Shown: in pieces, positions 29,189 through 38,014 of the stretch
How positions within the stretch are numbered: position 1 is the stretch's first letter
Layout: each line of letters begins with the position of its first letter
From: Cyclobacteriaceae bacterium
GTDB lineage: Bacteria; Bacteroidota; Bacteroidia; Cytophagales; Cyclobacteriaceae
Direction of reading: 5' to 3'
Length of the DNA: 48,569 bases
Assembly (NCBI GenBank): GCA_009885605.1
Contig: VFKK01000064.1
Coordinates: 1-48,569 of the forward strand
The notes under the pieces: model-generated
Databases searched by the model: none
Told to the model about the DNA's origin: nothing
Seen by the model: only the letters and a program-made list of their open reading frames with translations
Made by a program: the position numbers and the translations under genes

Positions 29189-29935
29189 ATGGGACTTTTA
29201 AACATTTTTAAGAGAAAAACTGAGGAAATAGATAACCTGGACCTCAGCTGGTTGCAGGTGGACATGCACTCACATTTAATTCCGGGAATTGATGATGGTT
29301 CCAAGTCGATGGAGGAATCCCTTGAATTGATCAGACGATTGGCTGGTTATGGGCTTCGAAAAATTATCACGACTCCGCACATCATGTATGAGTATTATCG
29401 AAATACTCCCGAGATTATTGGTTTGGGATTGGAAGATCTGCGAAAAGCAGTCCTTAATGAAGGCATTGAGATCGAAATCGAAGCAGCTGCTGAATATTAC
29501 ATGGATGAGATTTTTCTTGAAAAGATCGTTGCCGGAGATAAGATCCTCTCGTTTGGAGATAATTATGTGTTGGTAGAGACAGGCTTTATCAACAAGCCGC
29601 AGATGCTTTTCGATATTATTTTTCAACTGGAAATGGCCGGCTATAAACCGATACTGGCTCATCCGGAGCGATACCAATACCTCATCGGAGACAAAAAACT
29701 GTTTGAAGAACTGGTGGATCGCAACGTCTTTTTACAAGTCAATTTACTTTCACTCACTGGCTTCTATTCCAAACAAGTAAAGGATTTTGCAGATATGATG
29801 CTGGAGAGAGGAGTGATTCGGTTTTTAGGAACTGATTGTCATAATGTCCGATATCTGGATATGCTGGAGACCTTACCAAAGCATAAGCATTTCGACAAAA
29901 TCAAAAATCTGGCGTTATTAAATCCCAGTCTGTAA
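29189..29935 (+). CDS. CpsB/CapC family PHP-fold tyrosine-protein phosphatase
   Basis: DMHSHLIPGIDDG, TTPH, AHPERY and GTDCH. Confidence 0.93.
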   Translation: MGLLNIFKRKTEEIDNLDLSWLQVDMHSHLIPGIDDGSKSMEESLELIRRLAGYGLRKIITTPHIMYEYYRNTPEIIGLGLEDLRKAVLNEGIEIEIEAAAEYYMDEIFLEKIVAGDKILSFGDNYVLVETGFINKPQMLFDIIFQLEMAGYKPILAHPERYQYLIGDKKLFEELVDRNVFLQVNLLSLTGFYSKQVKDFADMMLERGVIRFLGTDCHNVRYLDMLETLPKHKHFDKIKNLALLNPSL

Positions 29936-29947
29936 AAGGCGCCCCTT

Positions 29948-30901
29948 ATGGAAATTCTTATTACAGGCATCACCGGATTACTTGGAAGTTATATCGCCAG
30001 GGAATTTGCCGGGAAAGCTGAAATCCATGGTTTCAAAAGGCCGGGTTCTTCCCTTCGACTGCTTGAAGGAATTGAATCTTCGATCCACTGGCACGAAGGA
30101 GATATCTCAGATGTGGAGGAGCTTGAGGAGGCGGTGACTGGGAAAGATCTAGTTATCCATGCTGCAGGAATAGTTTCTTTTGACTCCCGGGATGAGGATT
30201 TAATTTACAAAGTAAATAATGTAGGTACCACGAATCTGGTCAACGCCATGCTGACTGCCGGTACCAAAAAGCTGGTTTACATAAGTTCGGTGGCGGCAAT
30301 TGGCAGAAGTCCGGAACTTACAACGATCGATGAAAATCATAAATGGACTGAGTCTCCATACAATACTGTTTATGCCACTTCCAAATATTTTGGTGAGTTG
30401 GAAGCTTGGAGAGGGGAGCAGGAAGGACTGGATCTGATCGTGGTGAACCCTTCAATTTTGCTGGGCAAAGTGAGTGATGACCGTAGCAGCACGGAAATTT
30501 ATCACTATGTGCTGGACGAAAATTCTTATTACCCGAAGGGCGATTTGAATTATCTGGATGTGCGGGATGCTGCCAAGATAATTCGAATGCTGGTGGAAAA
30601 GGAAGCCTGGGGAGAGCGGTATATTTTGAATAAAGAGAGTATTTCCTATCAGGATTTTTTTAAAATCATGGCTGAAATTTTCAGTAAAAAGGCACCTTTT
30701 AAATCTGCAGAGCCTTTTTTGATACGTCTTGCAGTTTTTTATAACGGAATTCTGAGAAGATTCAGGCTCAGCAAAAATCCTCTGAATATGCAGACAGCAA
30801 TGATAGCCCAACAAAAAATGTTTTACGACAACAAAAAGATTCTGGATTTGCTGGATTTTGAGTTCACCTCTCTGGAGGATACTTTCAAGTGGGCCAAATA
30901 A
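29948..30901 (+). CDS. NAD-dependent epimerase/dehydratase (extended SDR)
   Basis: ITGITGLLG, HAAG, ISSVAA and YATSK (YxxxK). Confidence 0.92.
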   Translation: MEILITGITGLLGSYIAREFAGKAEIHGFKRPGSSLRLLEGIESSIHWHEGDISDVEELEEAVTGKDLVIHAAGIVSFDSRDEDLIYKVNNVGTTNLVNAMLTAGTKKLVYISSVAAIGRSPELTTIDENHKWTESPYNTVYATSKYFGELEAWRGEQEGLDLIVVNPSILLGKVSDDRSSTEIYHYVLDENSYYPKGDLNYLDVRDAAKIIRMLVEKEAWGERYILNKESISYQDFFKIMAEIFSKKAPFKSAEPFLIRLAVFYNGILRRFRLSKNPLNMQTAMIAQQKMFYDNKKILDLLDFEFTSLEDTFKWAK

Positions 30902-31044
30902 ACTTATTTTAAATCTGAATCGTTCATAACTATGGAGGTTATACAGACTCTCAACATGCAATTAGTAAGATTATAAAAATAAACAAATCGACATTTTGAG
31001 AGATCAATTTATTTGGTACCTTAAATAAACCATAACTCATCCTA

Positions 31045-32466
31045 ATGACCGGAGATCACGATCACGAATGGGAAAATGATAAAAAGCTGGTAGAGCGATT
31101 TGAAAATTCCCTGAAATCAAACCTTGACCTTTATTTCGAAGAAGAAGAACTCGAAGACATTATCCGGTTTTATTTTGACCAGCAGAAGTTCCTCAAAGCT
31201 CTCCGTGCCGCAGAATACTGCCTGGAAAAGTTTCCTTTTTCTGTAGAAATCAAGCTCCTGAAAGCCCAGTGTCTTATTTTCAACGATGAGTTGGAAGAGG
31301 GTTTGAGCATTCTTGAAAACATCAACAATATTTCCCCAAACAACGAGGAGATAATTCTCGCGTTGGCCAATGCCCATATTCTTGCAGGAAGTCTGCGGGA
31401 GGGGATTGATTTGCTCGAAAACTTCCTGCCTCTGGCGGAAGACAAAGCGGAAGTGTACTATTCGCTTGGCAATCTCTATCGGGCCAGCAATGACAATAAA
31501 AAAGCAAGTCATTATTTCAAAGAAGCAGTAAAAAGCCGAATCAATCATGAGGATGCGCTTTTTCAGCTGGCAATGATTACTGAAGAAGAGGGTTCATTTG
31601 ATGAAATCCTCGATTTTTATCAGGAATTTATCGATCAGGATCCGTACAGTGCCGGAGCTTGGTATAATCTGGGTGTCGTTTACAATCGACTAGGGAGATT
31701 TGAAGAAGCGATCAAAGCCTATGATTATGCACTCATCATCGACGATGCATTTGCCTCGGCTTATTTCAATCTGGGCAATGCCCTGATGAATACCGAGCAA
31801 TATGAGTTGGCGTTGGAAGCATATCAAAATACCATTAATTGCGAAGGGGCAAATGCCGAAAACTGCTGCTACATGGGCGCTGCCTATGAAAAGTTGGGCA
31901 AAATCGATGAAGCATTCAAGTATTTTAAAAAATCATCCAAACTAGACGAGGAGTATGACGATGCCTGGTTTGGTCTTGGAATGTGTATGCTGAAAAAGGA
32001 AAAATTCTTTGAGGCGATTCATTATTTCAAAAAGGCTCTGAATTTCAGCAAAGAGAACGCTAATTACTGGGTTGGATTGGCGGATGCCGAATTTAATCTG
32101 GGAAATTTTCAGGCAAGTTCAGAGGCGTATGAAGAGGCGATTAACCTCGAGCCAGGAATTCTGGAGACTTACGTGAACCTTTCCTTGATTTATTTTGAGG
32201 AAAAAAGATTTGAGGAAGCGATTGATGTAGTACGCGAAGGAATCGAGGAGCTTCCTGAGGAGTCAGAATTGTATTACCGAATGGTCGTCTTTCAGATCAA
32301 AATGGGCAATTACAAAGAAGGGTTTTCATATCTGGAAAATGCATTAACTTTGGCCTACGATAAGCATACGATCTTGTATGAACTTATGCCGGAGCTGAAG
32401 AAGCAAAAGGCGGTCAGTAAGCTTATCGCCCAATATCGGGAGGAGAATCCCGAGAGCAAACCTTAA
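31045..32466 (+). CDS. Tetratricopeptide repeat protein
   Basis: Many TPR units (AWYNLGVVY, AYFNLGNAL, AWFGLGMCM). Confidence 0.92.
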   Translation: MTGDHDHEWENDKKLVERFENSLKSNLDLYFEEEELEDIIRFYFDQQKFLKALRAAEYCLEKFPFSVEIKLLKAQCLIFNDELEEGLSILENINNISPNNEEIILALANAHILAGSLREGIDLLENFLPLAEDKAEVYYSLGNLYRASNDNKKASHYFKEAVKSRINHEDALFQLAMITEEEGSFDEILDFYQEFIDQDPYSAGAWYNLGVVYNRLGRFEEAIKAYDYALIIDDAFASAYFNLGNALMNTEQYELALEAYQNTINCEGANAENCCYMGAAYEKLGKIDEAFKYFKKSSKLDEEYDDAWFGLGMCMLKKEKFFEAIHYFKKALNFSKENANYWVGLADAEFNLGNFQASSEAYEEAINLEPGILETYVNLSLIYFEEKRFEEAIDVVREGIEELPEESELYYRMVVFQIKMGNYKEGFSYLENALTLAYDKHTILYELMPELKKQKAVSKLIAQYREENPESKP

Positions 32467-32476
32467 TATCAAGCCA

Positions 32477-33247
32477 ATGAATTATGTGCTGAAGAACATT
32501 CCTGTACGGACTGAAAAGCCACGTACCACGGGGTTCACTATGGCCATGGACAAGGGATTAAGCCTTAGAGCCACGGAGGATTTTGTTGAAAGTTGTTCTG
32601 ACTTTGTCGACATAGTAAAGCTAGGATGGGCGACTTCCTATGTGACTAAAAATCTGGAGCAAAAACTAGCCATCTACAGGGAAGCTGGAATACCAGTTTA
32701 TTTTGGAGGCACTCTTTTCGAAGCCTTTATTGTAAGAGGTCAGTTTGAAGATTATCGTCGGGTTTTGGAGAAATTTAAGCTTGAATATTGTGAAGTGTCT
32801 GATGGTTCTATTACGCTGAATCACGATAAGAAATGTGAATACATTACAACACTTGCTAAGGAAGTGACTGTGCTATCAGAAGTTGGTTCCAAAGACGCTG
32901 CTAAAATTATCCCTCCATATAAGTGGATAGAGCAAATGCAAACTGAACTGGATGCAGGCGCCTGGAAAGTAATCGGAGAAGCAAGAGAAGGCGGAAACGT
33001 AGGTTTGTTCAGAGATTCAGGCGAAGTAAGACAAGGCTTGGTGGAAGAAATTTTGACGCAAATCCCGGAAGAAAGAATCATTTGGGAAGCGCCGATCAAA
33101 TCGCAGCAAGTTTGGTTTATCAAATTGCTGGGAGCTAATGTAAACTTGGGAAATATTAGTCCTGCTGAGATCATACCTTTGGAGACAATCCGATTGGGAC
33201 TCAGAGGAGATACATTCGACCACTTCCTGGGAGAGATCAAATTGTAA
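32477..33247 (+). CDS. comA: Phosphosulfolactate synthase (ComA/HSA32) family protein
   Basis: KPRTTGFTMAMDKG, VKLGW, GGTLFE, EVSDG, SEVGSK, IGEARE, VNLGNI and LETIRLGLRGDT. Confidence 0.9.
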   Translation: MNYVLKNIPVRTEKPRTTGFTMAMDKGLSLRATEDFVESCSDFVDIVKLGWATSYVTKNLEQKLAIYREAGIPVYFGGTLFEAFIVRGQFEDYRRVLEKFKLEYCEVSDGSITLNHDKKCEYITTLAKEVTVLSEVGSKDAAKIIPPYKWIEQMQTELDAGAWKVIGEAREGGNVGLFRDSGEVRQGLVEEILTQIPEERIIWEAPIKSQQVWFIKLLGANVNLGNISPAEIIPLETIRLGLRGDTFDHFLGEIKL

Positions 33248-33265
33248 TTCAACTTAACTTAACAC

Positions 33266-33295
33266 AGGCTGTTCGGATTTTTGTCCGATCAGCCT
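33266..33295 (+). terminator. Hairpin after comA, adjoining the -7 element (33297-33304) of the next gene
   Basis: AGGCTG-T-TCGGA...TCCGA-T-CAGCCT followed by TTATTTTT. Confidence 0.55.
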
Positions 33296-33310
33296 TTATT
33301 TTTGCTCATT

Positions 33311-34243
33311 ATGAAAATTAAAAAATATCTCCTCACTTACCTGAAAGGTGTGGCAATGGGGGCCGCAGATATAGTACCCGGAGTTTCCGGGGGTTCGATA
33401 GCTTTTATTACCGGGATTTACGAGGAGCTTCTGAACAGTATCAATTCCTTCAATGGAGAGAATTTGAAGCTTCTTCTCAAGTTTAAACTTTTGGACTTTT
33501 ATAAAGCGGTCAATGGTAGTTTTCTTCTAAGCCTTTTGCTGGGGATCATGACCAGTATTTTTTCAATGTCAAGTTTGATTACCTATCTGATGAGTGATCA
33601 TCCGATTCCGCTTTGGTCGTTCTTCTGCGGATTGATTTTGATCAGTGCATTTTTGATTTTAAAAGACATAACCCGTTGGAACCTGGGTGTGATATTGTCA
33701 TTACTGGCAGGTACCTTAATTGCTTATTTCATCACCGAATTACCTCCGACAAGTACGCCTGATGCACTTTGGTTTACCTTTGTGTCCGGAGCAATTGCCA
33801 TTTGCGCCATGATTTTGCCAGGTATCAGCGGGAGTTTTATCCTTTTGATTATGGGTAGATACGAGGGAATTCTTGAGGCTGTAAACAACAGAGATATTCT
33901 TACTTTGGCTGTGTTTGCATTAGGTTGCGCAGTCGGAATCCTATCATTTAGCCGAGTCGTTTCCTGGCTTTTGAAAAATTACCACGCCATTACCATCGGT
34001 CTGCTAGCGGGATTTATGTTGGGATCCGTAAATGAGTTATGGCCTTGGAAAATTGTCACTGCTTATCGGACATCGTCCACAGGAGAGGAAAAACCATTTT
34101 TGATGGAAAATATTTTTCCGGGTACTTATTTGGAGCAAACAGGAATCGAACCGCAGATTTTGTTTGCCGTAGCTGCGTTTATTTTTGGAATCCTTTTGGT
34201 TTTTGGAATAGAGAGAACAGCAAATTATCTGAAGAAATCATGA
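33311..34243 (+). CDS. DUF368 family membrane protein (undecaprenyl-phosphate translocase family)
   Basis: Twin motifs MGAADIVPGVSGG and AMILPGISGS; ATG at 33311. Confidence 0.9.
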   Translation: MKIKKYLLTYLKGVAMGAADIVPGVSGGSIAFITGIYEELLNSINSFNGENLKLLLKFKLLDFYKAVNGSFLLSLLLGIMTSIFSMSSLITYLMSDHPIPLWSFFCGLILISAFLILKDITRWNLGVILSLLAGTLIAYFITELPPTSTPDALWFTFVSGAIAICAMILPGISGSFILLIMGRYEGILEAVNNRDILTLAVFALGCAVGILSFSRVVSWLLKNYHAITIGLLAGFMLGSVNELWPWKIVTAYRTSSTGEEKPFLMENIFPGTYLEQTGIEPQILFAVAAFIFGILLVFGIERTANYLKKS

Positions 34244-34977
34244 GAAAGTTTGGCCTGATCGGTTACCCTTTAGGGCATTCATTTTCGAAGAAATACTTCA
34301 CTGCCAAGTTTGAAAAGGAAGGAATCGCTGATTGCAGTTTTGACCTCTATGAGATTCCCCAAATAATGGACTTTGAGAAGGTTTTGTCAGAAAATCCAGA
34401 GCTGGAAGGGATGTCAGTCACGATACCATACAAACAGGATGTGATTCCTTATCTGGATGAATTGGACCCTGCCTGTGAGGCAATTGGGGCGGTGAATTGT
34501 ATCAAGATTAGTAAGGATAGCTTGAAGGGCTACAATACAGATTACATTGGATTCAGGCTTTCTATTGAAAAATGGCTTCAAGGCCAACAAGTAAAAGCGT
34601 TGGTATTGGGAACTGGAGGTGCTTCCAAAGCTGTCAAAGAGGCGTTGAAGGATTTGAAAATTGAGTTTCTGTCCGTTTCGAGGAACTCTGCTCCGGGTTT
34701 GATTGCCTATGAGGATTTATCCTTTAATCCTGAAATCCTAAAAGGACATCAATTGATTATCAATACGACACCCTTGGGCACTTTTCCGAAGGTGGAGGAA
34801 ATCCCACAGATTCCCCTGGATCAGTTGAATTCAAGCCATCTGGTATTTGATTTAGTCTATAATCCTGCCGAAACGATGCTGATGAAAGCTTGCGTTGTAG
34901 CCGGAGGAAAAGCCCAAAATGGATTGGAAATGTTGGAATTTCAGGCAGAGGCAGCCTGGAAAATCTGGAACGAGTAA
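34240..34977 (+). CDS. aroE: Shikimate dehydrogenase
   Basis: IGYPLGHSFS, VTIPYK, GAVN, GYNTD, LGTGGAS, NTTPLG and DLVYNP; ATGA overlap at 34240 gives the start. Confidence 0.95.
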   Translation: MRKFGLIGYPLGHSFSKKYFTAKFEKEGIADCSFDLYEIPQIMDFEKVLSENPELEGMSVTIPYKQDVIPYLDELDPACEAIGAVNCIKISKDSLKGYNTDYIGFRLSIEKWLQGQQVKALVLGTGGASKAVKEALKDLKIEFLSVSRNSAPGLIAYEDLSFNPEILKGHQLIINTTPLGTFPKVEEIPQIPLDQLNSSHLVFDLVYNPAETMLMKACVVAGGKAQNGLEMLEFQAEAAWKIWNE

Positions 34978-35241
34978 GCAATTTTTTTTAGGCAAGTTGC
35001 GTCGGAGTTGTATTTCATTTGCTAAAAGACGAATAAATAGCAGACAGATTCCAGGAATAAGTAAAGCAGGTTCATTATGGAAATTCCCTTAAACCAGATG
35101 ATTCAAAAAGGCTTAGATGGTGAAAAATTGCACTTTCAAATACCATTTTGAGGGCTAGGTCTCAACCTTTCGAAACAAGACAGTGATTTTTTATTGACCG
35201 TTGAGTCTTTGACCCCAACCTGAAATTTTTAAACTTCAGGC

Positions 35242-35811
35242 ATGGAAAAAGCACAAGACAACCTAAGCCGGTGCCCCTGGTGTCTGGGATTCCCCGAATA
35301 TGTCAAATACCACGATACCGAATGGGGAGTTCCGGTATGGGATGACCGGATACATTTTGAATTCCTAATTTTGGAAAGTGCTCAGGCAGGATTAAGCTGG
35401 GCGACTATTTTGAAAAAGAGGGAGGGGTATCGAAGAGCTTTTGCTGATTTCGATTATCAAGTCGTAGCTGAATTTCCGGAGAGTTATGTGCAGGAATTGC
35501 TGCTGGATCCTGGCATCATCCGGAATACATTGAAAATCAGGGCAGCCATCAACAATGCCCGCTGTTTTATGAAAGTGCAGGAGGAGTTTGGATCCTTCTC
35601 AAACTATATCTGGGGATTTGTTGGGGGTAAACCCAAGCAAAACAAATTGGAGTCCATGAAAGAGATAACAGCAACAACAAAAGAGTCAGATTTGCTTGCA
35701 AAAGATCTGAAGAAAAGAGGCTTCAAATTTTTGGGCAGCACGACTGTTTATGCCCACATGCAGGCTACCGGATTGGTCAATGACCATCTGGAAAGCTGTT
35801 TTAGAAATTAG
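35242..35811 (+). CDS. tag: DNA-3-methyladenine glycosylase I
   Basis: RCPW, YHDTEWG, ESAQAGLSW, IIRN and MQATGLVNDH...C. Confidence 0.97.
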   Translation: MEKAQDNLSRCPWCLGFPEYVKYHDTEWGVPVWDDRIHFEFLILESAQAGLSWATILKKREGYRRAFADFDYQVVAEFPESYVQELLLDPGIIRNTLKIRAAINNARCFMKVQEEFGSFSNYIWGFVGGKPKQNKLESMKEITATTKESDLLAKDLKKRGFKFLGSTTVYAHMQATGLVNDHLESCFRN

Positions 35812-35854
35812 GAGATCATTGCCTTAGAGAGGAAATAAGAGAAAAGCCAAAAAA

Positions 35855-35879
35855 AAGAGGCTCCAATTTGGAGCCTCTT
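35855..35879. terminator. Intrinsic terminator between tag and nhaD copy A
   Basis: AAGAGGCTCCAA-T-TTGGAGCCTCTT with an A9 tract on the left (U tract for the minus strand). Confidence 0.85.
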
Positions 35880-35903
35880 CTGTTATAGTATAATCCGTAA
35901 AGC

Positions 35904-37268
35904 TTATGCTGCAGATCCTATATGCATCAACAGATACACGCCTGCTCCTGCGAAATATCCAAGTGCTGCCAATAAAGAGATCTTCCTCAGATACCATCCG
36001 AATTCGATTTTTTCCATACCCATTGCTGCCACACCTGCTGCTGAACCAATGATCAAAATACTTCCTCCTGTACCGGCACAATAAGCCAAATACTCCCAAA
36101 TGAAGTGATCCATTGGATAAACCTCAAGGCTATACATTCCCATACTTGCTGCTACCAACGGTACGTTGTCTACAATGGCAGAAAGTAAACCGATGAGTGT
36201 AATAATGATTCTGTTATCACCCAAACTGTCGTTGAGGTATGAAGCAAAATTAGCTAAGGTTCCCATAGACTGAAGAGAGCCTACCGCTAATAAAATGCCG
36301 AGGAAAAACAAGACACTTGGCATGTCAATTTTCGTAAGCGCATGGCCTGCGGAGTAATTCTTTCTCTCGGCTTCATCCAGGTCAGGGTTAATGAGTTCAG
36401 ATATAACCCAAAGAATACCCAAACCCAACAACATACCCAAATATGGAGGCAAGTGTGTGACGGTTTTGAAGATTGGAACCGAGATCAATGCTCCAATGCC
36501 GAGGATTAACATCAGGTTACCGGAAGTGATACTAGAGGCATCGGTTTTTTTATCTTCCTCGAATTCTCCCAACGTACCTTTCAAAGTAAACGTGAGGTAA
36601 ATCAAGGGAACCAGCACACAAACGATACTTGGAAGGAATACATTCTTCATGATTGCTGCAGCAGATATTTGTCCGCCAATCCAAAGCATGGTTGTTGTTA
36701 CGTCGCCAATTGGAGACCACGCACCACCCGCATTTGCCGCGATGATGATCATACCGGCGAAAAAAAGTCTCATCTCTTTATCAGGGATCAGTTTCCTGAT
36801 CAGTGAGACCATCACGATTGTGGTCGTCAGATTATCCAAAACAGAAGAAAGGAAGAAGGTTACGATACAAACTACCCAAAGCAGCATGATTGGGTTTTTC
36901 GTCTTGATTCGATCTGTAATAAATTTGAATCCCTGGTGCGCATCAACCAATTCGACAATTGTCATAGCTCCCATTAGGAAGAATAGGATTTGAGCAATCT
37001 CGTTCAAGTGATGTCCCAATGATTCTGAGACGTACTCCAAATGGATCTCCCCCGCACTTAAACTGGCCGCTTTTTCACCAAGTTCATGAACAAAATTAGT
37101 ATACCGGGTGCTATTCAAAAGGGTTTCCGGCGCATCTGAAACAGCGAAGAGAGTCCAACAAATAACAGCTGTCAACAAAGCTGATGCAGTCTTGTTGATT
37201 TTTATCGGATGTTCCAGGGCTATCGCCAGGTATCCGAGGACAAAGACTATAATGATTACAAACTCCAT
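35904..37268 (-). CDS. nhaD: Na+/H+ antiporter NhaD family, copy A
   Basis: FFLSSVLDNLTT, AANAGGAWSPIGDVTT, SAIVDNVP and GGSILIIGSAAGV. Confidence 0.92.
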   Translation of the reverse strand: MEFVIIIVFVLGYLAIALEHPIKINKTASALLTAVICWTLFAVSDAPETLLNSTRYTNFVHELGEKAASLSAGEIHLEYVSESLGHHLNEIAQILFFLMGAMTIVELVDAHQGFKFITDRIKTKNPIMLLWVVCIVTFFLSSVLDNLTTTIVMVSLIRKLIPDKEMRLFFAGMIIIAANAGGAWSPIGDVTTTMLWIGGQISAAAIMKNVFLPSIVCVLVPLIYLTFTLKGTLGEFEEDKKTDASSITSGNLMLILGIGALISVPIFKTVTHLPPYLGMLLGLGILWVISELINPDLDEAERKNYSAGHALTKIDMPSVLFFLGILLAVGSLQSMGTLANFASYLNDSLGDNRIIITLIGLLSAIVDNVPLVAASMGMYSLEVYPMDHFIWEYLAYCAGTGGSILIIGSAAGVAAMGMEKIEFGWYLRKISLLAALGYFAGAGVYLLMHIGSAA

Positions 37269-37456
37269 CTTTAATAGTTGTTTTTTGGTTGATTATTTAG
37301 GTTTGGGAAAAACTCGAATTCAAAATTTGATCGCGATTCTACCTTCTTTCTGATAATTTTCCTAACTAAACACCAAGATTTTAGAATCTATGTGTATTTC
37401 GAAAGAATGAATTTTTGGCTAAGAGATTTAGACTTTTAAGGAAAGGTTTTACCGAT

Positions 37457-37480
37457 ATTCTAAAGTATTCCCAAAACTTA
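37457..37480 (-). promoter_or_regulatory. Conserved block upstream of nhaD copy A (counterpart at 39558-39581), probable promoter
   Basis: ATTCTAAAGTATTnCCAAAACTTA is conserved in otherwise diverged leaders; the minus strand reads TACTTTAG, a variant of TAnnTTTG. Confidence 0.5.
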
Positions 37481-37496
37481 TTTTTGGACTAATAAT

Positions 37497-37760
37497 TTAC
37501 ATAAGCTGTGATAAAGCTATTTCATAGGAATTTTGGGCGAGTTTGGTTTTCCAGGGATTTACTTCAAAAGTCTTTTTCAGTTCATTTTTGATTGTGTTGC
37601 TGACACCCGAATATATCGATTGATCGGTATTTCCCCTTTTCCGCTCATCCAATGGGCAGATATGAGAGTCTTGCCTCCTTTGGTAATTAAATAAGGGATG
37701 AGGGAAACTCATTCATCCGTTTAGATTCCAATCGGCCCGAGACAATTTTGGAATTTGGAA
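37497..37760 (-). pseudogene. Degenerate duplicate of the Glu/Leu/Phe/Val dehydrogenase 3' end
   Basis: 51/54 identity to 39598-39651, with recognisable similarity out to ~39865; encodes TKLAQNSYEIALSQLM versus TKLAQNSYEIALAQLM. Confidence 0.93.
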
Positions 37761-37965
37761 AACAAAAAGGAGAAATTGGAGGGGATCCCGTCAAAGGAGT
37801 CAGATATTCTGGAAAAAGATTCTAAGAAGATTGATTCAAGTTCTAGGGAAATCTAATTTCTCTCCACCTCCAAGTGCCTGTCAGCGTCAATAGCTCTTTG
37901 GAAACCTATCTCGGAACCTGGAAGGGGTTTGTTTTTCAAGGGGTGATATTCCGAGGGAAAATAAA

Positions 37966-37998
37966 AAGAAAGAGGACCTGCTGTGGGGCCTCTTTCTT
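37966..37998 (-). terminator. Intrinsic terminator after nhaD copy B
   Basis: AAGAAAGAGG...CCTCTTTCTT stem with a T-rich tail on the minus strand. Confidence 0.7.
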
Positions 37999-38014
37999 GG
38001 GGAATAATTTTTTT

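Noticed and set aside
34039-34239. N-terminal extension of AroE in the track
   Set aside because: It overlaps DUF368 out of frame; family similarity begins at the ATG at 34240.
37497-37712. 71 aa ORF as a real gene
   Set aside because: Its C-terminus is the duplicated dehydrogenase tail and its N-terminus is frameshifted decayed sequence; treated as a pseudogene fragment.
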